From contig NC_087246.1 of NCBI RefSeq assembly GCF_037042905.1, forward strand, positions 4,094,001 to 4,158,000: a stretch of 64,000 nt of DNA. The letters are read 5' to 3'. Numbering within the stretch: the first letter of the stretch is position 1; each line of letters opens with the position of its first letter. The notes below the pieces were generated by a model. It was not told the DNA's origin. It did not search any database and worked only from the letters and a program-made list of their open reading frames with translations. Below, one piece after another: positions 26,266 through 38,800 of this stretch. Source of the stretch: Lytechinus pictus. Lineage: Eukaryota. A program made the translations under genes and the position numbers.

Positions 26266-26430
26266 TACCTCGGTCACATTTTCTCTACAGCGGCCGTACG
26301 GCGAGTCGAAAACAGCCGTTATTCATTTGTATCCAAACCGCCTATAATTATGTAGCTAGTACAAAAAAATGTTAAAACGGCTGTTTTCGACTCGCCGTAC
26401 GGCCGCCGTAGAACAAATGTGACAGAGGTA
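26266..26430. mobile_element. PIF/Harbinger-type MITE, copy 2
   Basis: Same family as 24409-24573; TAA flanks. Confidence 0.85.
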
Positions 26431-27147
26431 TAATTACAATAATGGCAGTTTTATCATAATTTTGCTTTTTTAAGTTATACTATGCTAATTTGTGACTAAG
26501 GCTACGTCTCGTCTGCTCTTTGGACCGATAGGGATTCTAGATAGGAAGCCTTTCGTGAAACGGTTTTAGTAAACAATTTGTGATATTATCAAATATTTAA
26601 GTATTACTATTTTGCCATATATAGTTAGATTTCTCATTTTCCAGATGTTCATTATAGATTGAATTTTAACTAATTTGTATCCCAATTTATTCTTTTTTTT
26701 AACGTTTATCTGTACCAACAAAAATACCAAGGAATTCACTGGATCATTTGTCCATTGTATATCTCTTGGGGGTTTCATTTTAAGGGAAGATAGACATTGC
26801 ATGAGTTTTTGTTAGATTAAGTTTAGGGCCTGCAATTTCTTCAAATTGCCTTATATCTTTTATCGCAATTTTCCCAGAATTAACAGAACTCACAAAAATT
26901 ACTGCACCATCAGCAAGCAGGGATGTTTTAATTTCTTTTTCTGAACACTGGGTTTCATTTTCTCCTGGAATAATGATTCCTTCAATATTATCGTTTTGTT
27001 TTATTTTCCTTGCCATAACATCAGCAATTAATAGGCTGAGAGTGGGCAGCCTTGTCTTACACCTTGTTCTATTTTGAAATTTTGTGACATCCAACCGTTA
27101 TTAATTACTCTTCCGCTGAAGCATCATTATACAAAACTTTAATCCAA

Positions 27148-27319
27148 CTGGGCGTTGTGGTGTGCGCTTGTAATCCATGCTAAGTGGGTGAAGTTACAAA
27201 TTGATGCAGAGGTTCGAGCCATGGTCACGTCTTTCGGATGGTGACGTTAAAGGTCGGTCCCAGACGTAAATAATAATATCTGATTGATACACGTCTGACA
27301 AACCTTAAATACACACACA
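27148..27319 (+). mobile_element. SINE with a 7SL-RNA-like (Alu-domain) head, B box and (AC)n tail
   Basis: CTGGGCGTTGTGGTGTGCGCTTGTAATCCATGCTAAGTGGG head; GGTTCGAGCC at 27211-27220; CAA duplicated at both junctions; removal restores the LINE frame FSYTLINWIKVLY. Confidence 0.7.
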
Positions 27320-28134
27320 CAATTAATAAGAGTATAACTGAATTTCAATGTATGTAATAACTGGAATAAAAATTGATGGTTAATATTATCAAAAGCTTTT
27401 TTGAAATCCAAGAAAATAAAATAACCAGGAAGATTTAGGTACAAGCAAAGATCAATTACATCTTCAACTAAACGAACATTTTCTGAAGCTGAACGCAATT
27501 TTAGATAACCAGTTTGATCCTTAGAAATGATTTTATCGATAACACGTTGAAGACGTGAACAAATGACTTTGACTGCAATTTTGTAATTGATGTTTAAAAA
27601 AAGATATATGACGCCAATTATTGTCAAGTAAATCTCAGTCACCTTTTTTATGTAACAATATCAAAATACATTGCTTTTGAGATTCTGACGACTTATTCTT
27701 TCCGTAGCCTTCATTCAAACTATTGATAATCATATATTTTATGTCCTGTCAAAAACATTGCTCTGCTGATAGTGCATCACTACCTGGAGTCTTGTTACGT
27801 TTCATTGACTTCAATGCTTTGTAATACTCGGATTCTGTAAGTAAACCTTCGCAAAGGTCAGCTTCTTCTTCCGACAAGGTAGTAAACTCAACAACATTCA
27901 AATAATCATTTATTTTTTGTTACAAGAACATTTCTATTTGAATATAGATTTTGTAGTATTCATAGATTTCTTTTAAAATGACTTTTCCATCAAAAATTAC
28001 ATTTTATACCGTTTCAAAAAGTCTTGTTGGTTCTTTATCCCGTTTCTTTTTTCCAAGTTGAGAAAGTATTTTGATGATCTTTCGCCTTCTTCCATCCATT
28101 TTCACGGGATCTCACAAAGGCACCTTTACATTTC

Positions 28135-28350
28135 TTCTTCTTTTTTTTAAAATTATTTATTCGGCCATAAAAACATACAAAAATTGTACAATGTAATTAC
28201 AAAAATACAATTCGAAATTGGATAATTGAATATGGATAAAGTAGAAATGAAAGAAAAGAAGAAAAGAGTAAGAAAACGGTCTTTCCATGGGCCATGCAGG
28301 GCTCGCAAAAGTAAAATTCAGTACTATTGCCAAGAGGCAAGCGAGCCCTC
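28135..28350 (-). mobile_element. Short polyadenylated retro-insertion (3' end of another LINE/SINE)
   Basis: On the minus strand: GGGCTCGC...GCGAGCCC stem-loop, AATAAA and an A-rich tail, interrupting the Tx1-like ORF. Confidence 0.55.
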
Positions 28351-28480
28351 TTCAGTTAATTATCTTCAGTTAATTTATTAATCTGCTTAGTAACATCGTT
28401 AAGTTCAGTGAGATTATTGCCACTCGGGTAAGCATCATTTTCTTTCGAAAGGATTTCACGTTTACTTTGCAAGGTATATA

Positions 28481-29312
28481 CAGTGCGTCCCAGAATAAAC
28501 GAAACCGAGATTTAGCGATGATTTATCATAACTTAATCATAAATACAATAGACAAATGACCTACCAATGTAAAGCTTCGAATCTCCTCTTTCATCTGATA
28601 TTACTTAGATTATTCCTCATTCACGCATGAGTGAGCAAAAACAATTTGAAGAAAGGATTCCAAAAACTCATTTGGCGGGGGGTGTCTGAATTTCAAAAAG
28701 AAAATCACATGCCTAAAAAGTTCAATATCTGCTCTTTTATTTGATACCTTAATCACAGAAAATGGTCAAGAAGTAAAAAAGTTATGTTCCCTCGAAACAA
28801 TGCTTGTATTTCCATAATTTCATTAAACAGTTAAATAAACGTGCTTTCACCGGTTTCCCACAGAAGCTATCGCACGGTTAACAAAAGACTTAATGCATGG
28901 CTGATCGTCAACAAAACGGAGTGTCGAGTGAGTTTGAACGCTAGCCTGTAAAACCTCTTCATTTTATGAAATTATTGAAATTCAAGCATTTTTTCAAATA
29001 ACCAGAACTTTGTTATTTATTGACCATTTTCTGTAATTGAGGTATCAAATTAAAGAGCAGATATTGAACTTTTTAGAAAAGTGGTTTTCTTTTTGAAACC
29101 CAGATACAGCCCGCCAAATGACTTTTTGGTATCCCCTTTTCAAATTGTTTTTGCTCACTCATGCGTACATGTGACATAATCTAAGTAATTTCCGATGAAA
29201 GAAGAGATTCTAATTAAGCTTTACAATGGTAGGTCATTTGTCTATTGTATTTGAGATTAAGTTATGATAAATCGTCGCTAAATCTCGGTTTCGTTTATTC
29301 TGGGACGCACTG
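28481..29312. mobile_element. Tc1/mariner-type palindromic MITE, copy 2 (opposite orientation to copy 1)
   Basis: CAGTGCGTCCCAGAATAAACGAAACCGAGATTTAGCGA TIR with TA on both sides; centre is the reverse complement of that in 17951-18768. Confidence 0.9.
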
Positions 29313-29833
29313 TATTTGGTTTCTGTCCTTCTGTATTGTCTTTGAGTGTTTTATTGAATATTCTTTGATCTTAGTCTTGCATAAATCGCATTACATTTGA
29401 TCATTTTAGTTTTTATATAGTTTTACTTCCTTTATATTTCTATATTTTCCTTTTTAGTTTCATACAGTCAGACACGTTGATTTTGTTTACTCCATTCAAA
29501 CCCTATTTTACTTCAACAAATAACATTTAAAGCATAATTTGCAAAATTATAATTTGAAATTAACATTCAATAAAATTCAGAATATTGAAATGATATAATG
29601 TTGAAATTACTTAGTTAATTCAAACTTTTATTTTTCGAACAAGGGCCTCTTTCATTGAAATATCAATGAAAGGTCTCCTTAAAAGGGCATGTATTCTAGA
29701 TAAGGAAAATAATGAAAATTTCCATTTTATCCAATTATGTTTGTGAATCTTTAAAGCTGTTTCTCATTTTACCTCAAAAAGTAAGCTCCATACATCAATT
29801 CTACAAACTGTAATAAATAAAACATTATTTGAT

Positions 29834-30700
29834 CAGTGGCGTAGATAGGGTTTTTTTTTCCTGGGGGCACTGGGGGTCCTTGTTTTTTCAGGGGGGCAAA
29901 ATTCTTTCTGTGTGTGTCACAAGGGCCGATCCGACTTTCGCCAAAAAGGGGGTGGGGCCCAAAATTATTTTCACCAATATATTTCCCCGATCAGTCATTT
30001 CTTAGCTTTATTCTTATAAAACAACATAAATATGAAATAATCTCATAAGCCCTATACAAAAAGTGCGACGCGAAGCGCGAGCGATTTATTTTTAACTTTC
30101 ATGTATTTTGTCCTGAAAATTTCACATTCTGGGCAATGTTTGTGATATCGATCCTGAACAAGATGCGTATGTAACTAGATAATTACTGCGAACGCCAAGC
30201 GCGAGCAGAAATTTTAATAAATGTTCTGGCATGATCGAAAAGGGACCTGTTAAGGACTGTTAACAGTTACCCACGAAGACGGTACATATTTCAATAATGG
30301 GAGCGCGAAGCGCGAGCTAATTTTTTTTGACATTCCGACCAAAAGGCATGTAACTAAACAATATGCGAGCGCGAAGTGCGAGCTGAAGAAAATTGAGATT
30401 TTAGACCTAAAAGCGGGACACTATATTTTGTAAATAATGAATAGCATATGGTTAATTGGGTATCATAAATAATGCGAGCGTAAAGCACGAAAATTATTGA
30501 TTTCTGATCTGAAACTTGATCATTTAAGCACATTTTTAATAAAGATCACACTTAATGATTGATGCGAGGGCAAAGCGCATGCTGATATTTTTGTTATTAT
30601 TAATTCTAAGGACATTTTGTCATCAAATGCAAATGATGACTATCTTCCTATTATTCCTAAGCCTGTCGATATTCTATTCTGAAAAGGCCCAAATTAGTTA
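29834..30700. mobile_element. Truncated hAT-like non-autonomous element
   Basis: CAGTGGCGTAGAT terminus, G tracts and dispersed GCGCGAAGCGCGAGC repeats as in 32347-33140; second end not found. Confidence 0.55.
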
Positions 30701-31355
30701 TTAGGAACTCATAAAGTGTTAAACTTTTTCTTTAATCGAAATAAAATCATCGAATGACATATTAGCAATAGTAGTTGGCGTTTTCTTAAAGCTTAGATAT
30801 TATCCTGGTACACCTGGTATAGGTCCCATGCTGGAACACTCGATCTAACTCTTATTGTTTACGATATATTTTATTTCGATTAAAGAAAAAGTTTGATTTT
30901 GGCGGGATTTTGCGATTTCCGCCAATTTCCAGGATTTGGTCGTAGATTCAATCGTAAACAATTAGTGTTAGATCGAGTGTTCCAGAATGGGACCTATACC
31001 AAGTGAAAGGGTAATATCTACACTGTTGGTCATAAAGGTGGAATATTTTTTTTTCACCAAATGTTCACAGCATAATTATTACAACATGATTTGAATATGG
31101 CATTTATGGTCCATGATAACCACTTTACTTTATTATTCTGCCTTTCACACACGTTTGACAGTGATTTTTACAAGTTTATGTCTATAATTAGCGATGGATG
31201 TCATGAGCATAGAACAACAATGACGACAATATACAGTAAATTGAAGGATCATGAGATATTTATTTTCAATCTCTCTCAGTTTTCCAGATGACTTCTTTTT
31301 TGTGATTTCATGGACAAATTTGCATCAAACTTGAGTCATTGTTCTTACTCAGTCA

Positions 31356-32417
31356 CTAGTATCGGGTGTGTCCACCCCTGGCATGAACCAGCGTATGCAG
31401 ACGTCTTGGCATGCTGTCCACTAGCTTGTTGAAGACGTCAACAGGCATAGCGTCCCATTCTTCCCTCAGAGCATCTGCCAACTCCTGCAGATTTTGAGGA
31501 ATGACCTCTCTGCCCCTCTCTGTCGTTGATGGCTCGGCCTAGGGCATTCCATGCATGCTCTATGACTATGGGGTTCATATCCTGCGAACAAGCTGGCCAT
31601 GGCAACTGTACGACACCCTCTGCCTCCAGGAATTCCCTTACTGCAGCGGCCCTGTGCGGTCTAGCGTTGTCATCCTGCAGTCGGAAATTGTGCCCATACA
31701 CTCGTCTTGCATATGGAAGACAGTGGAACTCCATGCAAGATATCCCTGTAGGCGGCGGCGTTGAGGTTTCCGTCCGGAACCACCAGTGGCGTTTTCCCTC
31801 CATGGTGGATGCCGGCCTATATTATCGCTAAGCCGCCTCCGCCTTGAGTCGTCTCGTGGATACATTCATCGCGAAGGTTTTCCCCGGCTAATCGACGAAC
31901 TCGTCTCCCATCCTTTCGGTCAAGGATGAACCGGCTCTCGTCCGTGAAGACCACATGTTGCCAATGTCCTGGATGAAGCCTTCTGTGCTCCCTAGCCCAA
32001 AGAAGACGAGCTACTCTGTGGCGAACAGACAGGCGTGGACATTTGGTCAACCGTCGTGCTCAGTAACCATGTTGGAGCAATCTGCGATTGACGGTTGACC
32101 GGGAAACGTTGATCCCATGATATCTCCTCCATAAGCGACGAGGACGGCTTGTGGGCAATTTCCGGTTTCTGCGGCTGAAATTCAACAGTTGGCGATCATC
32201 TCTTCTTGTGGTCAATCTGGGACGTCCTAGAGATTTCCGTGGCCGCTCGTTCCCCGCCTCACGTTGACGTTTCAGGATCTTAGAGACTGCACTCTGTGAT
32301 ATCCCTAGGACTTCTGCGATATCAGTCTGCTTGTAGCCCTCCTGTCCAGGGGCGTCGATCCATTTTTCAGATTGGGGGGGCGAAATCATTAACGTTCCAA
32401 AGGCGCTCGATCGTACA

Positions 32418-32462
<45 letters not shown>

Positions 32463-32482
32463 TATATATATATATTATATAT

Positions 32483-32520
<38 letters not shown>

Positions 32521-33197
32521 GTATATATCTATATATATGTATGACTCATGAGACACAGACACGTATCTCACTACACAGATAGTACGAGTGCCGAGAGTGA
32601 GCTCAAATTTCTTAATATTCTGAGCTGAAAACTTGATATTCTAAGCATTTTTGGTACCAATGATTAAGATTTGTATCTAAAAGAGAATAGATGCGAGCGC
32701 GAAGCGCGAGCTGAAAATTTTGATATTTCGATCTGAAAAAATGACAGTTTACTGGACGTTTTTGATAAAGAACAAGCTATATATCCAAGAAAAGATGATT
32801 GCAAATTGAAGCAGTTCTTTTGAGGCTTAGAACTGAAAATGGGACATTTACATTCACCAATTTAATCATGAAAAGTATGGGTTTTTGCTACAGAAATGAT
32901 GCGAGCGCGAAGCGCGAGCTGAAAATTTTTATATTCCAATCTGAAAAGCGGACATTTTGAGCACGATTTTAAATAAAGAACGAGTTGTGTATCTCAATCT
33001 CGCTTGCTGAACATTACAATCTTGTTTTTTTTAAATGCATATCCGGAATTATTGGGGGGGCAAAATGATATGTTTGCCCCCCCAATATTTTCATTGGTGG
33101 GGCGATCGCCCCCCCTGCCCCCCCAGGATCGACGCCTCTGCTCCTGTCGCAGTGCTACCACTCTCTCGCGTGTTGCTGTTGCCGTTGGACCAGGCAT
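31356..33197 (-). pseudogene. Tc1 transposase pseudogene (HTH and DDE domains)
   Basis: MPGPTATATRERVVALRQE/GYKQTDIAEVLGISQSAVSKIL, GRPR, VVFTDESRF, LQDDNARPH, SQDMNPIVIEHAW, ARGGHTRY*; premature stop at 32060, frameshifts and a 794-bp insertion. Confidence 0.93.
32347..33140. mobile_element. hAT-like non-autonomous element inserted in the Tc1 transposase
   Basis: TIR CAG(G/A)GGCGTCGATCC; perfect 8-bp TSD CTCCTGTC (32339-32346, 33141-33148); internal (CA)n(TA)n microsatellite. Confidence 0.92.
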
Positions 33198-34668
33198 AGT
33201 CCAGGGAACGTCTCTACCGATTTTTATTTCAAACGGTACAAGGAACTTGAAAAATGCAACCTTCTTATACACAGTGCTAAATCAGGGAAAGGGACATAAT
33301 ATCATATGCATAGGCTTTTATAGTCTACAACAAATTAATTTATTACGTAATCAAAATTTCTCATGTTATAATGTCACCTGTGTAATGGGGAAACATTATG
33401 TAATCACTCAATTACCATTTTGTCTACGCGTAGCCTTTCAAATACCAACAAAACTGTCGATTTTTCTTCAAAAATATTTTATTCCACCTTTATGACCAAC
33501 AGTGTATATAGGCTTTAGGAAAACTAAAAAATCCCAACACTATTCCTGATATATGTCATTCGATATATTTTATTTGGATTAAAGAAAAAGTTTGATTTTG
33601 GCAAGATTTTGCGATTTCCGTCAATTTCCAGGATTTGGTCGTAGATTCAATTAAATTACTATTCTGATTCATCCTCTAAATATTTCAATTGTAAATTGGT
33701 CTGTGACCGATCATCAAAATCAAAACAAAATCTTGGTCTCATTCACTTTTAGCCTAATTCACTCCCCCCCCCCTCTTTCCCATTCATTTTATCCTCTTCT
33801 TTCTCTGTAAGTGTTCACCAATTCGAACCATTAATACAAATTACAATCAATTAAAAAAAGTTACAAACTAAAATAGTATTTTAAGCTTTATTTTGCATTA
33901 TCATGCTAAAAATAAATGTATCTCTTATGAAGCATAAATAAATCAATCTGAAATGTTGATATTCACATTATTAAATCATATACAATCTCCAAATATAAAT
34001 GATATACATAAAACAATATAAAACTTGCAGTGCATCAATATAGATTTGAATCACTTCATATGGTTGCGGGGATGTTCAAAACCTATCTCAGAATTTAAAA
34101 ATATTAGAGCAGCTCACAAAAAGCAGTATTTTAGAAATATGGCAAACTCAGATTGGCTGAAAACAATCTCCTAATTCCTGCAGAGAACTCTCAGAATGCA
34201 AGTCAAGTTTATAACTCTAAAATCAAGCTATCTATGAACTGTCCTAAAACTTTTGACACTAGATACTAGTATAAGGTTTTGAGCCAACCCACGATACACT
34301 AAGTACAAGAAACGAACAAAGTAAACAAAAATGTGTCAAGATGATAGAATCTTCAAACATTTATACACTACATTCTATTAAATGAGACACTTCAAGTGTA
34401 AGCTTCTTTCTCATGAATCACCCTTTCTCTCCAAATCAACCTTTAAAGCTTTGTTTTTAAATAAATGTCATAATGATTAGACATTATGATATATTTTGAA
34501 GGGGTATGGATTAAACTGGGTTATCATTATAATTTTTCTTTTAACTTTGGTAAGTTTGCTCAAGGGTTTGCTGCTTATCAATTAAAAGTGTAATTCACAA
34601 TATGCATTTTCAATGCTATATAAACCATACAACATGCCATGCCAGTATTTTTTTTGTTTTGATAAGAT

Positions 34669-35511
34669 CATAGGCGGATCCAGGGGTCCCCTATTGGTGG
34701 AGCAAAAAAAAAAAGAAAAAAAGGGGGACATAAAGAAAAAGAAGGGAAAAGAGGAGAAAAAAGAAGGGGAATAAAATGAGATGAAGGAAGACTTCGAAAA
34801 TAAGAAAAAAATATCTTTCATGTCACTATATTAAATTTTTCTTCGCGCTCGCAATGCCTTTCGGGGATTTACATATCTTGCTCAAAGTGGAGCTTAAAAT
34901 ATCAAATTTTGAAGTCAATATATAAAACGTATTTAAGCTCGGAAATCAAAATTTCATTTTTTGTTTGATTTACAAATTGATTTTTAAAACATGAACAGAG
35001 GGTCCCATTTTTGGATGTAAATCTCAAATTTTTCTGCTCACGCTTCGCCCTCGCATCAATTGTTTAGTTATATACTTATACTTTTCACGATTACAAAAAG
35101 TGCTTAGAATTTCCATTCTTCAGGTAGAAATGTCAAAATTTTCAGCTCGCATTATTTGATTGTTGAAATATGTAACGTCTTCATGGCTAACTGCAAGCAG
35201 CCGTTAACAGATTCATTTTTGATCAGATCAAAACGTATATTTCACAAACATTGCCCAGAATGTTTAAATCTTAGGAAAAAATAATGAAAAAAAAAAAAAA
35301 TAGCTCACGCTTAGCGCTCACACTTTTTAAATAAGGCTTATGAGATTAGATTATATATTTATGTTGATTTATAAGAATAAAACTTAGAAGTGACTATTAG
35401 GACTACCCCTTCAAATAAACAAAAAAAATCTACTTTTAGCGACCAATCGGGGAAAATGTGGCTGAAAAAATTCTGCCCCCCCCCTTTTGGCGAAGGCTGG
35501 ATCCGCCCCTA
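34669..35511. mobile_element. hAT-like non-autonomous element (sister family)
   Basis: CATAGGCGGATCC ... GGATCCGCCCCT termini; CGCGCTTCGC-type internal repeats; TSD not cleanly preserved. Confidence 0.7.
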
Positions 35512-36417
35512 AAGATGATTTAGATTTAGGCATAACATGATGGATAATCATGTATTTATCTTTAGGACAAATACCAAAGCACCTTACCGGCAGCTTTGCT
35601 AAGCCATGGGGGGGGGGGGGGGGTAATAATGTGCAGCACTAAGAAGTATTTGTACTAGACACCATATCAATGTTGTTGCATATTATTATCAAAACAATTT
35701 CTGTAAAATGGAAATACAAGGTTGTGTCTCCAATTATATCATCCCATCTATATTAATATGTGTCCTTGTAATATTACATAACTTGTCAATACAAGGAATT
35801 ACCGTAAGCCTTGCTTAGCACCCGTTAACCATTGTATGATTTTCTTGTATGTTCACCTTCCTACATTTGATGTATTATCATTCAAAGTAAAAGAAAAGGG
35901 GGCATTATTGTAATATCATATGTTTAGCAACAATTATATATGCTACATGACTATCACATGGCTATACCATTCATTACAGTGTCATAGAATTAAATATACC
36001 TAATGGCCTCTGAATTACAAAGAGATAAATAGGGCAATTATTTACAATTTAAATAACACAGATATGAGCAAGTGAATTTCTTTTTGGATACTCTGGAAAA
36101 CCTAAAGAAAAAAACTAGTATACTCACTTCCTTAACAAATTCTAAAATGTCTTTCTTTATACTAATTGCTGGTAGTTAAAACGCATGAACGTTTTCACAA
36201 ATATTTTGACACATTTCGTTGTAATGACATGAAAGCAAAGTTCTACACCAAAATACCTCTTTTGTTTTGGTAATATATATCCAGCAACTTTGGATCAAAT
36301 AAAGATATTAGACTCATGCTTATCTAATAACTACAAATGACTATTTTGACACATTGCTGATGCATAATCTTGCAATTCCATTATGTCCTCAGGCCTAGAA
36401 GTGTGTTTACATCAGAG

Positions 36418-37013
36418 AACAAGAGTGTCGCTAAGGCGAGCACGTAATACGCCCGCCTGTAACACGGAAAATAGAGTAATTGGTCAAACAAGGAAAGTTG
36501 AAGGTGGCGACTTCACCTTTGACCTTCTGACCTCAAAATCAATAGAATTCCTGGGATCCATGCTAGTATCATACACACCAAATCATATGAGCCTCGGTTA
36601 AGTTAAACTGAAGTTATCATGTTTACAGGGACTGCAGAAGAGTAAGATGAGTACATGTCACTGTGACCTTGACATTTGACCTCAAAATCAACAGGCTTCC
36701 TGGGAACCATGCTAGTATCATTATCACCAAATTATATGAGCCTAGGTTAAATTAAACCGAAGTTATCACGTTTACAAGGACTGCAGAAGGGCAAGATAAA
36801 AACATGTCACTGTGACCTTGACCTTCGACCTTTTGACCTCTAAATCAATAGGCTTCCTGGGATTCATGCCAGTATTATACACACCAAATTATATGAGCTT
36901 AGGTTTAGTTCATCTGAAGTTATCGCGTTTACAAGGAAAAGTTAACGGACGGACAGACAGACGGACACCGAGCGTGATACCATAATACGTCCCGTAGCAT
37001 GGGCGTATAAAAA
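36418..37013. mobile_element. Helentron-associated (HINE/Pearl-like) element, family A, uninterrupted copy
   Basis: Subterminal IR ATACGCCC / GGGCGTAT, three ~150-bp tandem units, GGACGGACAGACAGACGGAC microsatellite, terminal hairpin, A/T-run ends. Confidence 0.8.
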
Positions 37014-38401
37014 TGTTTACAACTGATACATTGGACTTAGTCAACTTGTATGTACATATACAGAAACAAATAAACACTCCAGGCCCTGCCATATGAAACA
37101 TTGAACAATACTGTTTCATGTATGCTGTAACCACTAGACCACACGACCTCACCCAGTGGAAACCATAGATGACCTTACCCAAAAGAAAACTCTTCCCATT
37201 ATAACTTTATGGTACTGTGAATGTAGTCCTCCAGGGGCAGTTGTCCTAGAATCCTAGATATCAACAGACAGAGCTTTTCTTTCTGCTGTTTGAGGGGAAA
37301 AAATGAGAATTTGCAGCTGTTGAATCGCCACCAGATAAAACTGATCAGACAGAGGCAGACAGTAAAGTGACAGGACCTTTAGAGAGCAGCACCTCCTTAT
37401 TTTATGATGCTTGACAGATAAAGACAGACAATGAGTTTCACTGCACTCTTTTCACATTATAAGAAATTACAAACATTAACAGACATGCATTGCACCATTA
37501 ATAAGAAAGATGAAATATACTTTGAGTAAGATTACAGCTTATCAGCATTGCCACTGCCACTTACAAGTGAAATTCTAGAATTTGCATACTGTATTTGCTA
37601 GTATTTACTGAATGTTGGGTTCACATCAGTGTAAAATCACATGAACTCGGACTTTTATGTTACAGGTGTACACTCTAATGCCACTGACTTGAAACAATGT
37701 TGATACACATAATAATCAAAAGGCTGAAATCTTTACAAAAAATAATAGAAAAAGGGGGAAAACCTTCTGAAAAAATAAAAAAAATCCTAAAACAATGATT
37801 CCCACCCCAAAAGGGAAATTAAGCTGCAACATGAAGTACTATGAGAATTCAGACTCGTATATATACACTGTACACTGAAATAGTCTGCTGGTTTTTCTGT
37901 AATGAATGTTCTTTACTTATCAAAAAGTTGTACTTAGGAACTAAAATATATTCTGAGTTGTAATAATAAATAAGTTGTTCATGTATTTACAGATCAAGAA
38001 TATCCTTACACTGGTTAATTATGTCACTACTTCAGACTCTTGGTATTCAGATACATGTACAAGTAGTTCATGTAATTATGGCATTAACAAAAACTGATAA
38101 TCATCTGTTCTTTAAACAGAGCATGATGGTGATATATTTATAAATACACTTGCCATTGAATTCAGGCTTGCCAAACACAATGAAACATATTATGAACTCT
38201 GGTTTAATTTCAACCCTGTTCTAAAGCTGTGGTTTAACTATGGAGAGCCAACTGTGACACAAATCTGCAACAATACAGGTTCACTTTGTCAGCTCAATTG
38301 ATACTCAATTCATCCATAACTTTCTGGCAATAAGAAAATAGCTTCCTTTATCATTAAAGTACCAGGAAAGAGCAGAGTAAAATAAGAAACATGCAATACT
38401 T

Positions 38402-38800
38402 CATCATCATCATCATCATTTTATTTCAGTCAGCATTTACCGACTCTTGTGGAATGATGACACGCCTTCCTATTCTTTCTTTCTTGGACGTCCTCCTCGT
38501 ACAGATAACCTTAGTGCTTTCCTTCTTTACCATATCTTCCAATGTAATCTATGGTCTTCCATTTCCTCTTATGCCATCTACTTCCAGGTCACATGATCTT
38601 TTCACAGATTCATCATCTCCTCAACATGTGGCCCATCAATCCCAGACTGCTTCTCTTTCCCACTTCTACAACCGTTCCAATCCCAACCTTTCAATGAGCT
38701 TACATGTGATCTTTCTTCTCAAGGTGCCATCTTGTATTGTTCTTTGCATTCTATATCCCAATGTAAACAAAATTTTGACATTGTTGGCTTCCCAATAATT
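38402..38800 (-). mobile_element. Decayed RTE-clade LINE 3' fragment
   Basis: Minus-strand remnants MGHMLRR and LEVDGIRGNGRP (RTE C-terminal GxRxRGRP pattern) and a (GAT)n tail. Confidence 0.65.

Larger units (their letters stand above)
26560..29440 (-). mobile_element. Decayed Tx1/L1-clade LINE ORF2 fragment carrying three later insertions
   Basis: NYKIAVKVICSRLQRVIDKIISKDQTGY, FLDFKKAFDNINH, LLADG (decayed YADD), NLTIYGKIVILKYLIISQIVY; multiple frameshifts. Confidence 0.85.
31021..33504 (-). mobile_element. Full-length but inactivated Tc1-family transposon
   Basis: Perfect 25-bp TIR CACTGTTGGTCATAAAGGTGGAATA, TA on both flanks, internal transposase remnant. Confidence 0.95.

Noticed and set aside
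27148..27319. A functional 7SL/SRP RNA gene
   Set aside because: Only the 5' Alu-domain part matches; there is no S domain or 3' Alu strand, and it is an insertion inside a LINE.
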